Virus record (IMG/VR): IMGVR_UViG_3300017963_000190
Location: 1-64,000 of that record
Reading direction: 5' to 3' (one strand)
DNA: 64,000 bases
Shown here: positions 19,572 through 29,653 of the stretch, piece by piece
How the letters are laid out: the number at the start of each line of letters is the position of its first letter
Position numbering within the stretch: the first letter of the stretch is position 1
Made by a program: the position numbers and the translations under genes
The notes under the pieces: generated by a model
Database searches by the model: none
What the model was told of the DNA's origin: nothing
The model's input: the letters and a program-made list of their open reading frames with translations, nothing else

Positions 19572-20039
19572 ATTACACAACGAGTGAAGCACGACACAGG
19601 GAGTGAACCGTGTCAGTAACGTGTAGTGTACACTTACAGTGACCCCACACGCACACACGTATTACCTTGCAGGTCGCATGCCAACTAGGATCCCCTCGGA
19701 GGCTTCGTGTGCTGGCATGTGTGCGTGTCTATTCTTACACGCTTCACAGTTACCTCGGCTCCGGCCGGGCAGCTACGCCGGAGCCTGCGAGCTAGCAGCC
19801 ATGTGTCACGAACGGACACGGTGTGCGACAAGTAGATCTTGATATTCCTCATGCCCTCATGATACTGATGTGGAGTTACGTGTCAAATTCCGTGCACGTT
19901 CACATAAATTGCAATTAAATTCATTTCGGCTATTGACTCCGGAGCAATGATGGTAACGCGTGAGGGTTTAACCGTGTGCACGCAACGCGGAACGGATCCC
20001 CAATCATTAGGGATCCGTTCGCTGGGGATCGTGGCGGGA

Positions 20040-20339
20040 TTACTTGCGGATCAATTTGGGTGCTTGCACGTTGGTGAACCAACAATCGGGATCGTCGGGG
20101 TTGATCATGTGGCCGAAGTAACCATGGCCCCAGTAGGAATCATCCGCTTCCTGGGCCGTCATGAAAACGGTTTCGTCCGCGGCCTCGCACAGCGCGTCCA
20201 CACCCAGGCCACCGGCCTTCAAGAGCTCACGCACGCGACGCTTGTTGTGCGTGCGGCGTGCCTTGCGGCGCATGTAGCGCTGGTTGCCGTTGGTGTCGCT
20301 GTGACCGAGGCAGGGAGTCTTGCGGTACGAGCGGGCCAT
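20040..20339 (-). CDS. small basic protein
   Basis: start MARSYRKTP behind CCGGAGG. Confidence 0.8.
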   Translation of the reverse strand: MARSYRKTPCLGHSDTNGNQRYMRRKARRTHNKRRVRELLKAGGLGVDALCEAADETVFMTAQEADDSYWGHGYFGHMINPDDPDCWFTNVQAPKLIRK

Positions 20340-20560
20340 TTTATCCTCCGGGGGCGGGGTGGTTAGTATCTCCGCCCGTAGATATAAGGTAAGCATCATT
20401 GATACGTTGTCAATATGTGTGCACGAAAAAGAAAAAGAAATTAAATGCGCTTTGCCTATTGCCTTTTCGGGAAAGATGGTAACGCGTGAGGGTTTAACCC
20501 TGTGCACGTGCACGAAAAAGCCCCGAGCGTTTCCACCCGGGGCTTGCAGGAATCTCGGGG

Positions 20561-20845
20561 CTAGAAGGGGATGCCGTCCCACTTGTCCTTTTCGTACGCG
20601 TCTACGTGCGCGTCATACTCCGTGGTCTCGTAATAATACTTGGTGGCGACGTGAGCATCCTGTTCCAGCCACGCCTCTGAGAAGGCATCCACGGCGGCCT
20701 CGTAAGCCAGGGCATGCGGGCAGTCGAGGTCGTTATGGCGGAAGACGCTAGGGAACCACGCGTTATCTTCATAACACGTGCACGCGTTGTTAAGCGCGTC
20801 TAACTCAGCATCCAGCTTGGCGTTGGCGATTGCATAAGCCGTCAT
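20561..20845 (-). CDS. hypothetical protein
   Basis: CCGGAGGTAA RBS, own promoter and terminator. Confidence 0.8.
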   Translation of the reverse strand: MTAYAIANAKLDAELDALNNACTCYEDNAWFPSVFRHNDLDCPHALAYEAAVDAFSEAWLEQDAHVATKYYYETTEYDAHVDAYEKDKWDGIPF

Positions 20846-21022
20846 CTTGTTACCTCCGGTGGTTTGTGGTATCGTGGCCATGACTAGAACATAAGTCGCC
20901 TTGTTACGATGTCAAGCGCTTCGCAGAAACAAAGAAAAATAATTTTGTGGGTTGACCACAGCGATTTAATGGTAACGCGTGAGGGTTTAACCCTGCCCCT
21001 TAGGGGCGCTTGGCCCCCGGGC

Positions 21023-21217
21023 TTACTCGCCGATATCCAGCATGCCCATGATCATGGCTTGCTCGGCGCCGAGCACGTTGCTACCGCCGCACGAAGGGCA
21101 ATCGTACCCTTCCGCGTCGGGCTCCGTTCCATCGCGCGTGAACTCCGCGCAGTCGGGACAGAAGCCCACATAGTTATAGGTTGCTTCGCGATACTCGATT
21201 TCACTTACTTGCGTCAT
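21023..21217 (-). CDS. small Zn-ribbon protein
   Basis: GFCPDC..EPDAEGYDCPSCG. Confidence 0.8.
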   Translation of the reverse strand: MTQVSEIEYREATYNYVGFCPDCAEFTRDGTEPDAEGYDCPSCGGSNVLGAEQAMIMGMLDIGE

Positions 21218-21227
21218 GGCTTTCCTC

Positions 21228-21668
21228 CTAAAGGGCACCAAGGGTTGCCAGGGATACGTAGTTGCCTCCCTGGGCTGTGATGATATGGTCTAGCACGGGA
21301 ACCCCGAGGAGATCCCCGCATTGCTTCAGACGCGCAGTGAGCTCGATATCATCCCTGCTAGGGGCCGTGTCCCCACTGGGATGGTTGTGCGCGAGGATAA
21401 CGGCGGCGGCCCCAGCGATGACCGCCCCACGGAATACTTCGCGGGGATGTATCTCGACACTGCCCAGCGAGCCCATAGCCACCGTTTGAACGGCCAGGCA
21501 TTGGTGCTTGGTATTGAGATACATCACAACGAAAGTCTCTTGAGCCCGGCTGTGAAGGCCGTAGGCGTCAAGTATTTCGTTGGCGTGCTCTGCCGTACTG
21601 ATCTTGCGCTGGGCATCAATCCTGCGCCCAGTGTAGGTCACTTCCGCTTCTCTTAGAATCATGCCCAT
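21228..21668 (-). CDS. radC: RadC-like JAB domain protein
   Basis: E..V.YLNTK, HPREVF, AHNHPSGD..PS..D, VLDHII. Confidence 0.92.
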   Translation of the reverse strand: MGMILREAEVTYTGRRIDAQRKISTAEHANEILDAYGLHSRAQETFVVMYLNTKHQCLAVQTVAMGSLGSVEIHPREVFRGAVIAGAAAVILAHNHPSGDTAPSRDDIELTARLKQCGDLLGVPVLDHIITAQGGNYVSLATLGAL

Positions 21669-21847
21669 GGTCTTACCTCCGGTAGCATCTAAGATAAGCA
21701 CTATTGACAGCGTAACAAGGGCAAAAGAAAATAAAACTATTTACACTTTGGGGGTTGCGCAAAGTGAAAAGATGGTAACGCGTGAGGGTTTAACCCTGCC
21801 CAGCTACGGAAACGGCGGATCCCCGTTTGGAGATCCGCCTGATGGAT

Positions 21848-23227
21848 CTAGTCCATCAGCCAATCGGTGCCGGCCATCTCAGCCATGATCCCAAAGACGT
21901 CTTCCCACATGGTCTCCTCAGCCGACCGGTGGGAAAGGGATCCATCGCGCCCCTTGTCGTGGGCCAACTCGTGGATCATGGTCCCGAGCAACCGTTGCAG
22001 CTTGCCCGTCACCTGGCGATTGATCCGGATCTCTTTGCTCCCGTGAGAGTAGGTCCCGAGGGGGGCGTCGGGTGCCGTGAATCCGAAACACCGAATCCCA
22101 TCCAGGCGATCCCTATCGGCGACGTCGGCCAGATCCAGGAGATTGATCGCCTTGTTCCAGTTGACGCGTTCCTGGGGATCCAGGTCGGCGACGGCCACGT
22201 AGTCTCCGCTGGAATCGATCGCCTTGTTTAGGATCTCCTCGATCGTCCCGAATTTGTTGGCCAGGACCTTGCCCATGCCGTCGGGAACCACGATACCCTG
22301 CAGACCGTAGAAGGACACCTTGGTGGCTTCGTCTTCGTTGGCCACCGGCACAGCCTTGTCACCGTAGGTATCGGCGAAGGTTGCGGAGATCTGCTCACCC
22401 ACTTCCTTATTAGAGTAGCGGCAGCAACCGGCCAGACGCTTCACGTCGGGCATGTCGGATTCGAGCATACCCCAGACATTGGAGATCCAGTCTTCGTCTT
22501 CGTTGTGCGCGCAAAGGGACGTCCAGAGTTGGGCCGCGGCATAGCCGAGATCATAGTCGTCGACCATGCGGCGATCCCGATCCAGATCCAACCCACTGGC
22601 GAAATCGTAGCCCACCGCCAGCTCGGGTTTGGTGCAGACGTAGATCCCTTTGCAGTAGATGCGCCCCTTCATGTTCTGGCCAAACAGGATGGATCCCGAG
22701 TAGCCAACGCGCTGGATCTCGTGATCGGGGATCTCGATGCACCGCAGGAAACGATCCTTGTAGTCGTTCCACTGCCGTTTGGAGATCTTGATCCGCACAG
22801 TGAAATCGGACGTCGGGCGATCCCCGTAGTAATCCTGGCGACGCTTGCGCACCTTGACAGCCAGGACATCCACGCCAGCGTAATTCTTGGACGCTTCAAT
22901 GGCCGGTGTCCAGATCTCATCCCCATTCAGGAATTTGACTTCGATCCCCTGGCGCAGTAGGGCCAGCACACCCACCTTGAGACCATCGCCATGCTGGCCA
23001 CGCAAGGCGTCGTTGTCGCGCTTGGTTGACTTCCCGAGCAACCACACAGACGTGTCCAGGACACAGTCTCTGTTGGTCACTTCAAGCCATCCGTTGTCGT
23101 GGTTGTAATACGCGGGGTAGCCTTCGTCATGGCTATCCAGGGCATTTTGCATGACTTCCCGCAGTCCTTCCCATACGCTCCAATCGGGGGCGTATTCTGC
23201 GGTGATACTGAGCTCGAAACGTGCCAT
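21848..23227 (-). CDS. GHKL/HATPase-like ATPase with C-terminal HExxH metallopeptidase-like motif
   Basis: LREVMQNALD, GQHGDGLKVG; IHELAH; start moved to MARFEL because the ORF-track start runs through the promoter. Confidence 0.75.
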   Translation of the reverse strand: MARFELSITAEYAPDWSVWEGLREVMQNALDSHDEGYPAYYNHDNGWLEVTNRDCVLDTSVWLLGKSTKRDNDALRGQHGDGLKVGVLALLRQGIEVKFLNGDEIWTPAIEASKNYAGVDVLAVKVRKRRQDYYGDRPTSDFTVRIKISKRQWNDYKDRFLRCIEIPDHEIQRVGYSGSILFGQNMKGRIYCKGIYVCTKPELAVGYDFASGLDLDRDRRMVDDYDLGYAAAQLWTSLCAHNEDEDWISNVWGMLESDMPDVKRLAGCCRYSNKEVGEQISATFADTYGDKAVPVANEDEATKVSFYGLQGIVVPDGMGKVLANKFGTIEEILNKAIDSSGDYVAVADLDPQERVNWNKAINLLDLADVADRDRLDGIRCFGFTAPDAPLGTYSHGSKEIRINRQVTGKLQRLLGTMIHELAHDKGRDGSLSHRSAEETMWEDVFGIMAEMAGTDWLMD

Positions 23228-23451
23228 GTTTTGTCTCCGGTTTGTTGGTTCTCGGTCCGTGCAAATAAGATAAGCACTATTGACAGCGACACAAGGACCA
23301 CTTTGCATTTTCTCAATCTTTTTTCGGCACGGAGTTTGCAACGCGCGCACCTTATATACTGGCAGGGTTAAACCCTCACGCGTTACCATCATATTGACGA
23401 TGTCAAGTATTACAGGCAAGAAAAGCGATTTTTCTTTTTTCGCACAAAAGC

Positions 23452-23479
23452 TTGACTCTGAAACAAGGCTGCTTATATT
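23452..23479 (+). promoter_or_regulatory. plus-strand promoter of the inverted cassette
   Basis: TTGACT-N16-TATATT; RBS CCGGAGGTAA at 23511-23520. Confidence 0.75.
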
Positions 23480-23525
23480 CTATGTACGGCGCCGCAAGTT
23501 AGGGGCCGCACCGGAGGTAAAAGTG

Positions 23526-23561
23526 ATGCGAGATTGGATGTGGACCTGGCTAGGTCGGTAA
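23526..23561 (+). CDS. 11-aa Trp-rich mini-ORF MRDWMWTWLGR
   Basis: consensus phage promoter and RBS directly upstream. Confidence 0.5.
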   Translation: MRDWMWTWLGR

Positions 23562-23858
23562 ACTGGCTCACGGTGTTTACGCTAGGGCAGCGGCCACCGT
23601 GCTACTTAACCGGCAGCGTAGGGATCCAACGCGTAAAGGGATCCCGCGGTACCAGCGCTGAGACCGGCAACGTCAAAGCCCCCAACCTATTAACGCCAGG
23701 ACGCTAGCCACCTGGAGCATTCCGCTCCCGTTTCCCTTTAGGGGTGTAGGTTAAACCCTCACGCGTTACCACGAAAATTACGTTGTCAAGTATTACAGGC
23801 AAAAATAAAGGGCGCCCTTTCAGACGCCCTCAAATGCCCCGTGTTAGGAGCAAGGGTG

Positions 23859-24218
23859 CTAGGCACCCATGAGCCGTTCATAGTAAGCCTCGCGCTCCCA
23901 GGCCGCTTGCTCCCGCTCCTGGGCCACGATTTGATCGTGCAGCTTGGGGTCCTGGTTTTTCAGCGCGGACCAGTCGATACAGTGGACCTTGCCCGTGCCC
24001 TTGCAATGGGGACACGCGCGATCATAGCGACCGGCCATGTAGTCCTCCTGGAAATCGGGATCTTCCTGGGCCCACTCGCTAGCGGTCCAGGAGCCCATGT
24101 GCGCGGACGTGCGCCCGTCCCCTTCGCAGTCGTCACAGATGCGCCACTTACCAGGCAGCGTCACCTCGTAGCTGTCCCCGTCTTCGTCATAGACCGTGTA
24201 TTCGATATCCTTGGGCAT
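23859..24218 (-). CDS. DnaJ-type Zn-finger (CxxCxGxG) protein
   Basis: CDDCEGDG, CPHCKGTG. Confidence 0.75.
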   Translation of the reverse strand: MPKDIEYTVYDEDGDSYEVTLPGKWRICDDCEGDGRTSAHMGSWTASEWAQEDPDFQEDYMAGRYDRACPHCKGTGKVHCIDWSALKNQDPKLHDQIVAQEREQAAWEREAYYERLMGA

Positions 24219-24375
24219 GGTTTTTCTCCGGTGGTTGGGTTGTAGCCAGAATATAATCACTATTGACAGCGAAACAAGGGCAAAAGAAAAATAATTTTGT
24301 GGGTTGACTTCCGAGCTGGAATGGTAACGCGTGAGGGTTTAACCCTGGGAGAAGGCGGGCGCGTGCCCGCGTCTG

Positions 24376-24624
24376 CTATAGAACGCTCCACCTCCCTTTT
24401 TCGTAGAATTCGATCTCCGTGCACCCGAGCCCAGGCATCCCATAATCGTCCAAGGGCTCGAATTCCGTTTCGGGAGTGCAGACACCGGAGACGTAAACTG
24501 CGCCGTCGTCATCGCGCATACGGAAGCGCAGCGGGGCCGTGAGCCCTTCGCGCCAATTGCGGGATGCTACTCCCACACTATCCAGCGCACAGGCCATGTG
24601 CGCTTTGGTGATCTTCCAAGCCAT
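24376..24624 (-). CDS. hypothetical protein
   Basis: FRMRDDDG.VY..G..PLDDYG; GGAGGTAA RBS. Confidence 0.8.
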   Translation of the reverse strand: MAWKITKAHMACALDSVGVASRNWREGLTAPLRFRMRDDDGAVYVSGVCTPETEFEPLDDYGMPGLGCTEIEFYEKGRWSVL

Positions 24625-24636
24625 GGCATTACCTCC

Positions 24637-24921
24637 CTAGCAAAGGTCCTGGTTTAGTGCGATGCGCACGTCGCGCGCCACCTTCCGCTTCAAACGGGTA
24701 GCCGACAGGTTGTCTGCCACCCATCCCCACTCACGCACCGTATTCGCAGCCGCGTCCACCCACGCCTTGTGAGCAGGGATGCAACCGGTGGCAATGAAGA
24801 TCTCCGCCGCGGGTCGGCAGACAGCGCAAAGCTGCGCCCCTGACACGTTAAACCGCGTACGGGCGATCTCCGCCCACTGCCGCCACTCGGAACGTGCTTT
24901 GGTGATCTCGGTCGTGGTCAT
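24637..24921 (-). CDS. hypothetical protein
   Basis: CCGGAG RBS, structured leader. Confidence 0.75.
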   Translation of the reverse strand: MTTTEITKARSEWRQWAEIARTRFNVSGAQLCAVCRPAAEIFIATGCIPAHKAWVDAAANTVREWGWVADNLSATRLKRKVARDVRIALNQDLC

Positions 24922-25143
24922 GGTACTATCTCCGGTTTGATTTTGGGCGCACCTATCCCCCCAAAGGGGCTAAGGTGCGAGCCGGGAGTATTTCTCCCGC
25001 CGTAGGTAAAATATAAGTCGCCTTGTTACGAAGTCAATATAAAAAGAAAAATAATTTTGTGGGTTGCCTTTTCTCGAATCGTGGTAACGCGTGAGGGTTT
25101 AACCTATGCTCGTAGGGGATCCGAGTTGGATCCCATCTTTGGT

Positions 25144-25314
25144 TCACAGATAGAAGCGATACTCGATTGTGGGTTGGAACGATGCCCCTTTGTGGCGCAC
25201 CCTGCGTCCGTAGGAGCATTCCACTCGGCGGACTAGATCAGCGAGATCCGCATCACTGTAGAAAACCTCGCGCATCTTCCCTTGCACGAATACTCTGATC
25301 CTAATCTTGCACAT
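25144..25314 (-). CDS. small hypothetical protein (not in ORF track)
   Basis: 56 aa MCKIRIRV..; AGGAG RBS. Confidence 0.6.
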   Translation of the reverse strand: MCKIRIRVFVQGKMREVFYSDADLADLVRRVECSYGRRVRHKGASFQPTIEYRFYL

Positions 25315-25322
25315 TGGATCTC

Positions 25323-25562
25323 CTAACGGGGGTTGATCCCCATCCGATGGTTGAGATTATCCACGCGGGATTCGAGGATCCCCAGGAATACCTCTGCCGC
25401 TTCACTGTCCGCACGGTAGCCAGCTTGGCACAGCGCAGCAATGGCAGCGGATTCGTCAAGCACGGCCACGGAGTAACCGTACAACTCTTTGACTAGGGGA
25501 TCCGATACCACTGGCAAGGGCATCGTTTCCGCGAGTCGCTCTGCTTTGGGGTAGGTCGTCAT
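25323..25562 (-). CDS. hypothetical protein, probably leaderless
   Basis: ATG lies about 6 nt after the -10 box. Confidence 0.7.
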   Translation of the reverse strand: MTTYPKAERLAETMPLPVVSDPLVKELYGYSVAVLDESAAIAALCQAGYRADSEAAEVFLGILESRVDNLNHRMGINPR

Positions 25563-25709
25563 GCGTATAAGATAAGTCGCGTTGATACAATGTCAATAGA
25601 TGTAAGAAAAATAATTTTGTCTGTTGACTTTCCCGCAGCCGTTGCTACGCGTGAGGGTTTAACCGTACCTGGTAGGACGCACGCCCCCGGTTTCCCAGGG
25701 GCTACGCTG

Positions 25710-26366
25710 CTAAACAGCGCTGCGATTGATGTAATAGACGTCGTAACCGTAGTTGCGCCGTTCGTCCGCATCATTGCGCACGCCTTTACCCTGGCACCGG
25801 AAGCAAATCCCACCGGGGCCTGTGGGCTTCCCGTTCAACATGCCCGTAGTGAACGCACCCGAGCCCGCACAGCGGCGACAAGTGAAGGTCACGTTACGCG
25901 CGGCCCACACCCACTGCTTAGCCGTAGGCTCGGTCACGCCCTTGGTGCCCAGGAGATCGCGACAAGCGGCCTGGAACGCCTTTTTACTCGGCGCGTGGCT
26001 CCGGCCCTGCACTAGCGCGAACTCCCGCCGCAGGTCATCTGTGGACATCTCAGACAATTTTTTCTGCGGCTTCGCTTTGCGACGCGGGGCGGCCTCAGGC
26101 ATGGGCACGCGGTAGCCTTCGCGCTGCATATCACGCGCCGTTTCCCGCGCGTCCGCAAGCTCAGGCCCCAACTCGCGACGCTCGCGCGAGTAGACGTAAC
26201 CCTCGTGACACCCTTTCCAGTATTCAGCGTCCGCGGCAGCATCGCCCGAGGGCTTGCAATTCGCGTGATACTCGCGACCGTCGATCTTGACGACCTCGGG
26301 CGTACGCACGCCATGGTTAAAGGGCACCTTACATCCGTTGCAGTATCCTTCGCGATCGTTGGCCAT
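25710..26366 (-). CDS. Zn-finger protein (CxxCxGxG)
   Basis: CRRCAGSG..CFRCQGKG; start MANDRE. Confidence 0.8.
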   Translation of the reverse strand: MANDREGYCNGCKVPFNHGVRTPEVVKIDGREYHANCKPSGDAAADAEYWKGCHEGYVYSRERRELGPELADARETARDMQREGYRVPMPEAAPRRKAKPQKKLSEMSTDDLRREFALVQGRSHAPSKKAFQAACRDLLGTKGVTEPTAKQWVWAARNVTFTCRRCAGSGAFTTGMLNGKPTGPGGICFRCQGKGVRNDADERRNYGYDVYYINRSAV

Positions 26367-26551
26367 TTTCTTACCTCCGGTTGGTTGCCCGTAAAAGATA
26401 AGTCGCCTTGTTACGATGTCAAGCATTTTTCTTGCGGGCATCGCACGCGCGCCACCGCACAGCCCATGGTTAAACCTTCGCGCGTTACCACGAAAGCCCC
26501 CGCGTCAAGGGGATCCGTGGCGTTTTTCTGTTTTTATTTCGGATCCCCTTT

Positions 26552-26692
26552 TCAGATCCGAGACGCTGCAAAAATGGTTCCTCCCATGAAAGCCAGGAAA
26601 CGGATCCCATTTCCTGTGTGAGTCCACAAGTAGACCGCGCAGAATACCAGCGCAATCGCGAGCACAAGACGGACAACCCTATTGGTACGCAT
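26552..26692 (-). CDS. small membrane protein
   Basis: two TM segments. Confidence 0.6.
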   Translation of the reverse strand: MRTNRVVRLVLAIALVFCAVYLWTHTGNGIRFLAFMGGTIFAASRI

Positions 26693-26855
26693 GACGTTTG
26701 CCTCCGAGGATGCGCGCGGCCAAGTAGCCATTGAAAGCCACGAAGCCAACGACCCGATACCATGCCTGCACCGGATTGGAGATCCAGACGCAAAGCACAA
26801 CGACGATCAGAACGATCAGCCAAATGGCGATCAGCTTTTTGATCCACTCCCACAT
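26679..26855 (-). CDS. small membrane protein
   Basis: MWEWIKKLIAIW.. Confidence 0.65.
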   Translation of the reverse strand: MWEWIKKLIAIWLIVLIVVVLCVWISNPVQAWYRVVGFVAFNGYLAARILGGKRHAYQ

Positions 26856-26862
26856 GACGGAT

Positions 26863-27177
26863 CTACTCCCCAATGGATCCGCTAGCGGTGGCGAAGTCGG
26901 GCACCGTCGGATCCGCAAGGTCCACCGAATAGATCCCACCCATCAAATGGTGCGCGTAGGCTTTGGAGATCGGCCGGAGGATATCCTCTGCCTCCCAGCG
27001 TCCGATCTCTTCGTGATACCAGCGACCACTAGTGGAGCACAGCAGGGTGGACCCGTCACCCAAGGGGACGATAAAATCCACCGTGATCAACTCGCGGGGA
27101 TCCGTGGCGGACATGGGCGCTCCTGTCGGGATCAACTCAAGGGATCCGATGATTTCTTGCTCTGTCTGTAACATCAT
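26863..27177 (-). CDS. hypothetical protein
   Basis: GAGGTG RBS. Confidence 0.7.
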   Translation of the reverse strand: MMLQTEQEIIGSLELIPTGAPMSATDPRELITVDFIVPLGDGSTLLCSTSGRWYHEEIGRWEAEDILRPISKAYAHHLMGGIYSVDLADPTVPDFATASGSIGE

Positions 27178-27180
27178 AAC

Positions 27181-27405
27181 TCACCTCGCAATGATGGCAA
27201 CCACGCGATCCGTTCTGTAAACCGCGCGGTTCCGGTCGGATGTCCAGGAGCTTTTGCCGTAGGTGTTACCGTCCAACGTGACAGCGCTGGGCAACGTACT
27301 GTAAGCCTGGTAGCTATCACAGTACGTTTCGAGATACTTCGCGCTCCTGTCGGGGAATTCCCCGTGGCAGGTGACTGTAACCGCGTTGAGTGCCTGAGCT
27401 TTCAT
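27181..27405 (-). CDS. hypothetical protein
   Basis: start MKAQAL behind GGAGG. Confidence 0.75.
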   Translation of the reverse strand: MKAQALNAVTVTCHGEFPDRSAKYLETYCDSYQAYSTLPSAVTLDGNTYGKSSWTSDRNRAVYRTDRVVAIIAR

Positions 27406-27627
27406 AGTGTGCCTCCGATGCATAGAATATAAGTCGCTTTGATACGGAGTCAATAGGGCAGTGTCAATTTTTACGCGGAAGAAAAATCGAGAAAACACAT
27501 TCGGCGGGGTTGACTTCCGCGCAGGGATGGTAACGCGTGAGGGTTAAACCCTGTCTGAAAATAAAAAGCGGACCGGTGGTTACCTCCAAGGCCACCGGTC
27601 CGAGTTATGTTGCATTGCCCGCGGTAA

Positions 27628-27945
27628 TTATCGCATCACGAGGGCAACGCGGGGAGTAGCGCGCACCCGAGAAGCACGGGCAGCCTTGCGCGCGTTTATA
27701 CGCGCCAGATCGGCCACCGCCTGCGCTCTGTTGTGCGCGTCCGCCTGCCGTGTCCACTGGACCGCGCAAGCGTCGCGCGAAGCCTGCGGGGCGCTGGCGA
27801 ACTCTGGGGAGCACATGAGCTTAACCACGTCCTCAGCCTGCGCGGGAGTGACGGCGCTCATGAGCGCCACCGCGACTTTGCTGCTGAGAAGCATGCTGAT
27901 CAGGAATTGAACGGCTACGTCGTGGGTGGTCGGGTTGGTTGTCAT
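27628..27945 (-). CDS. hypothetical protein
   Basis: start MTTNPT behind CCGGAGG. Confidence 0.75.
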   Translation of the reverse strand: MTTNPTTHDVAVQFLISMLLSSKVAVALMSAVTPAQAEDVVKLMCSPEFASAPQASRDACAVQWTRQADAHNRAQAVADLARINARKAARASRVRATPRVALVMR

Positions 27946-28175
27946 GGCTTTTCCTCCGGTTAGTAGCGGGGTGGTTTGTCTCCCGCTGTGAAACAAATAT
28001 AAGTCGCCCTGTTACGAAGTCAATATTTTCTCGCAAAATAATTTATTTTTCTTTTTCGCGCTTGCGGGGTTGACTTTCGCGCGGGAATGGTAACGCGTGA
28101 CGGTTTAACCCAGGGGACAAAAGGGCAAATGGGGGCACCGCGTAGGCGCTCCCATTTGCGTTGTGCTGGCCGTTT

Positions 28176-28466
28176 TTAGAACGCGTCCGGTTCATACCAC
28201 CGGCTGGCATCCTCGCGACACATGAGGCTATAGGTATTCCAGCGGTGCAGACGGGGCTTGCCCGAGCAGATCCGCACGTTGGACATGTCCGAGCGCCGCC
28301 GTGCGTTGGCCGCTACGGTCTCCGCTTCCCGGTGATCGTCGCAGGGAAGGATCACCCGGTTGTCTTTGCCTTCCGACTGGCCCCACCCCGACAGGAAGGT
28401 ATCAGTGGCGGTCACGTAGAATTTGGCCTTGGGGATCTCGCGCTGGCTTTCGATCATGGTTGACAT
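28176..28466 (-). CDS. hypothetical protein
   Basis: YVTATDTFLSGWG motif. Confidence 0.8.
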   Translation of the reverse strand: MSTMIESQREIPKAKFYVTATDTFLSGWGQSEGKDNRVILPCDDHREAETVAANARRRSDMSNVRICSGKPRLHRWNTYSLMCREDASRWYEPDAF

Positions 28467-28751
28467 TGGCTTTTCCTCCGGTTGCTGGTTTCTGTCCGCT
28501 GCTAGATAAAACATAAGTCGCCTTGTTACGAAGTCAATAGAACAGTGTCGATTTTTACGAACAAAAATAAATCACTTTTCTTGCGCAAAGGGGTTGACCG
28601 CGGCGAAAAGATGGTAACGCGTGAGGGTTAAACCCTAGGGGCGAGGAGAGGAGATCCCCCCGCGGATCCTAATCCTGTTAACTGGGGATCCGAAAGGGGA
28701 TCAAGAGGGGATCTGGCTAGGGATCTGCTTTTGTATAGAGACCTTTTCCTC

Positions 28752-29318
28752 CTATTCCTGGGCTTCTGTGGATCCGATAATCATGGGATCCGTTGGATCG
28801 GGTGCGCCCAGCTCGATTACCTCGAAACCAACGTGATCCTTAAAGGCTTCGTGGCGCGCGTGGTAGCGATCCACGGATTCGCGGGAGCATTCACACTTGC
28901 GCCGGGATCCCAAGCGGCCACAAGGGCAGCTGGGGGCGCCTGCGATAAGATAAAAGTCTGTGTGATCTTCCTTGTCCCCTGCCCGCAGGATCCGCTTGTT
29001 CACGAAACCGTGGCCCACCATTTCGAGCAAGGGCCGTCTGAACTCCGGCATATCGTCAAGGTACAACGTGCCCCCGTTGGCCAGGTGGACTTCGCCGGGG
29101 TATTTCTTGCTCCCCAGCATGCCCGGATTGCTCACGGTATGGTGAGGGGCGCGCAGTGGTCCACCCCTTAGCATGGCCAGCATACGGCCAAAGCGGAGCT
29201 TACCACAGCCCACAGGGCCAACTAGCAGGATAGGCTTGCCTGCGGCCATGGCATTAAGCGCGGCCGTGAGAACGCGCACAGAGACCTTGAGACCGTTGAT
29301 TGTGGTAGTAGGGGCCAT
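28752..29318 (-). CDS. Mg-chelatase-related (ComM/YifB-like) AAA+ ATPase fragment
   Basis: GPVGCGK, PLRAPHHT, PGEVHLANGGTLYLDD.PEF, CPCG. Confidence 0.85.
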   Translation of the reverse strand: MAPTTTINGLKVSVRVLTAALNAMAAGKPILLVGPVGCGKLRFGRMLAMLRGGPLRAPHHTVSNPGMLGSKKYPGEVHLANGGTLYLDDMPEFRRPLLEMVGHGFVNKRILRAGDKEDHTDFYLIAGAPSCPCGRLGSRRKCECSRESVDRYHARHEAFKDHVGFEVIELGAPDPTDPMIIGSTEAQE

Positions 29319-29653
29319 TGCTTTACCTCCGGGTTAGTGCGGGGTGGTTAGCTTCGCTGGGTTTCTCCCGCCGCAAACAAAACATAAGCACTATTGACAG
29401 CGAAACAAGGCGAAAAAGAAAAATAATTAAATGCGCTTTAGGGGTTGACCGCGGCGAAAAGATGGTAACGCGTGAGGGTTTAACCCTTGACGTCCCGCGG
29501 GGCGAGGGGGCGCGGCCGGATCCCCTGGGCCTAATCCTGGTAATCGGGTAGGGTTAACGGATCCCCTTTGGTGTTAGTCCTAGTATCTCATTTTGTATAG
29601 AGGGTGGATCCCCAATGGGGATCCAGGCAGGTTTTGTATAGAGGCCCTTTGGC

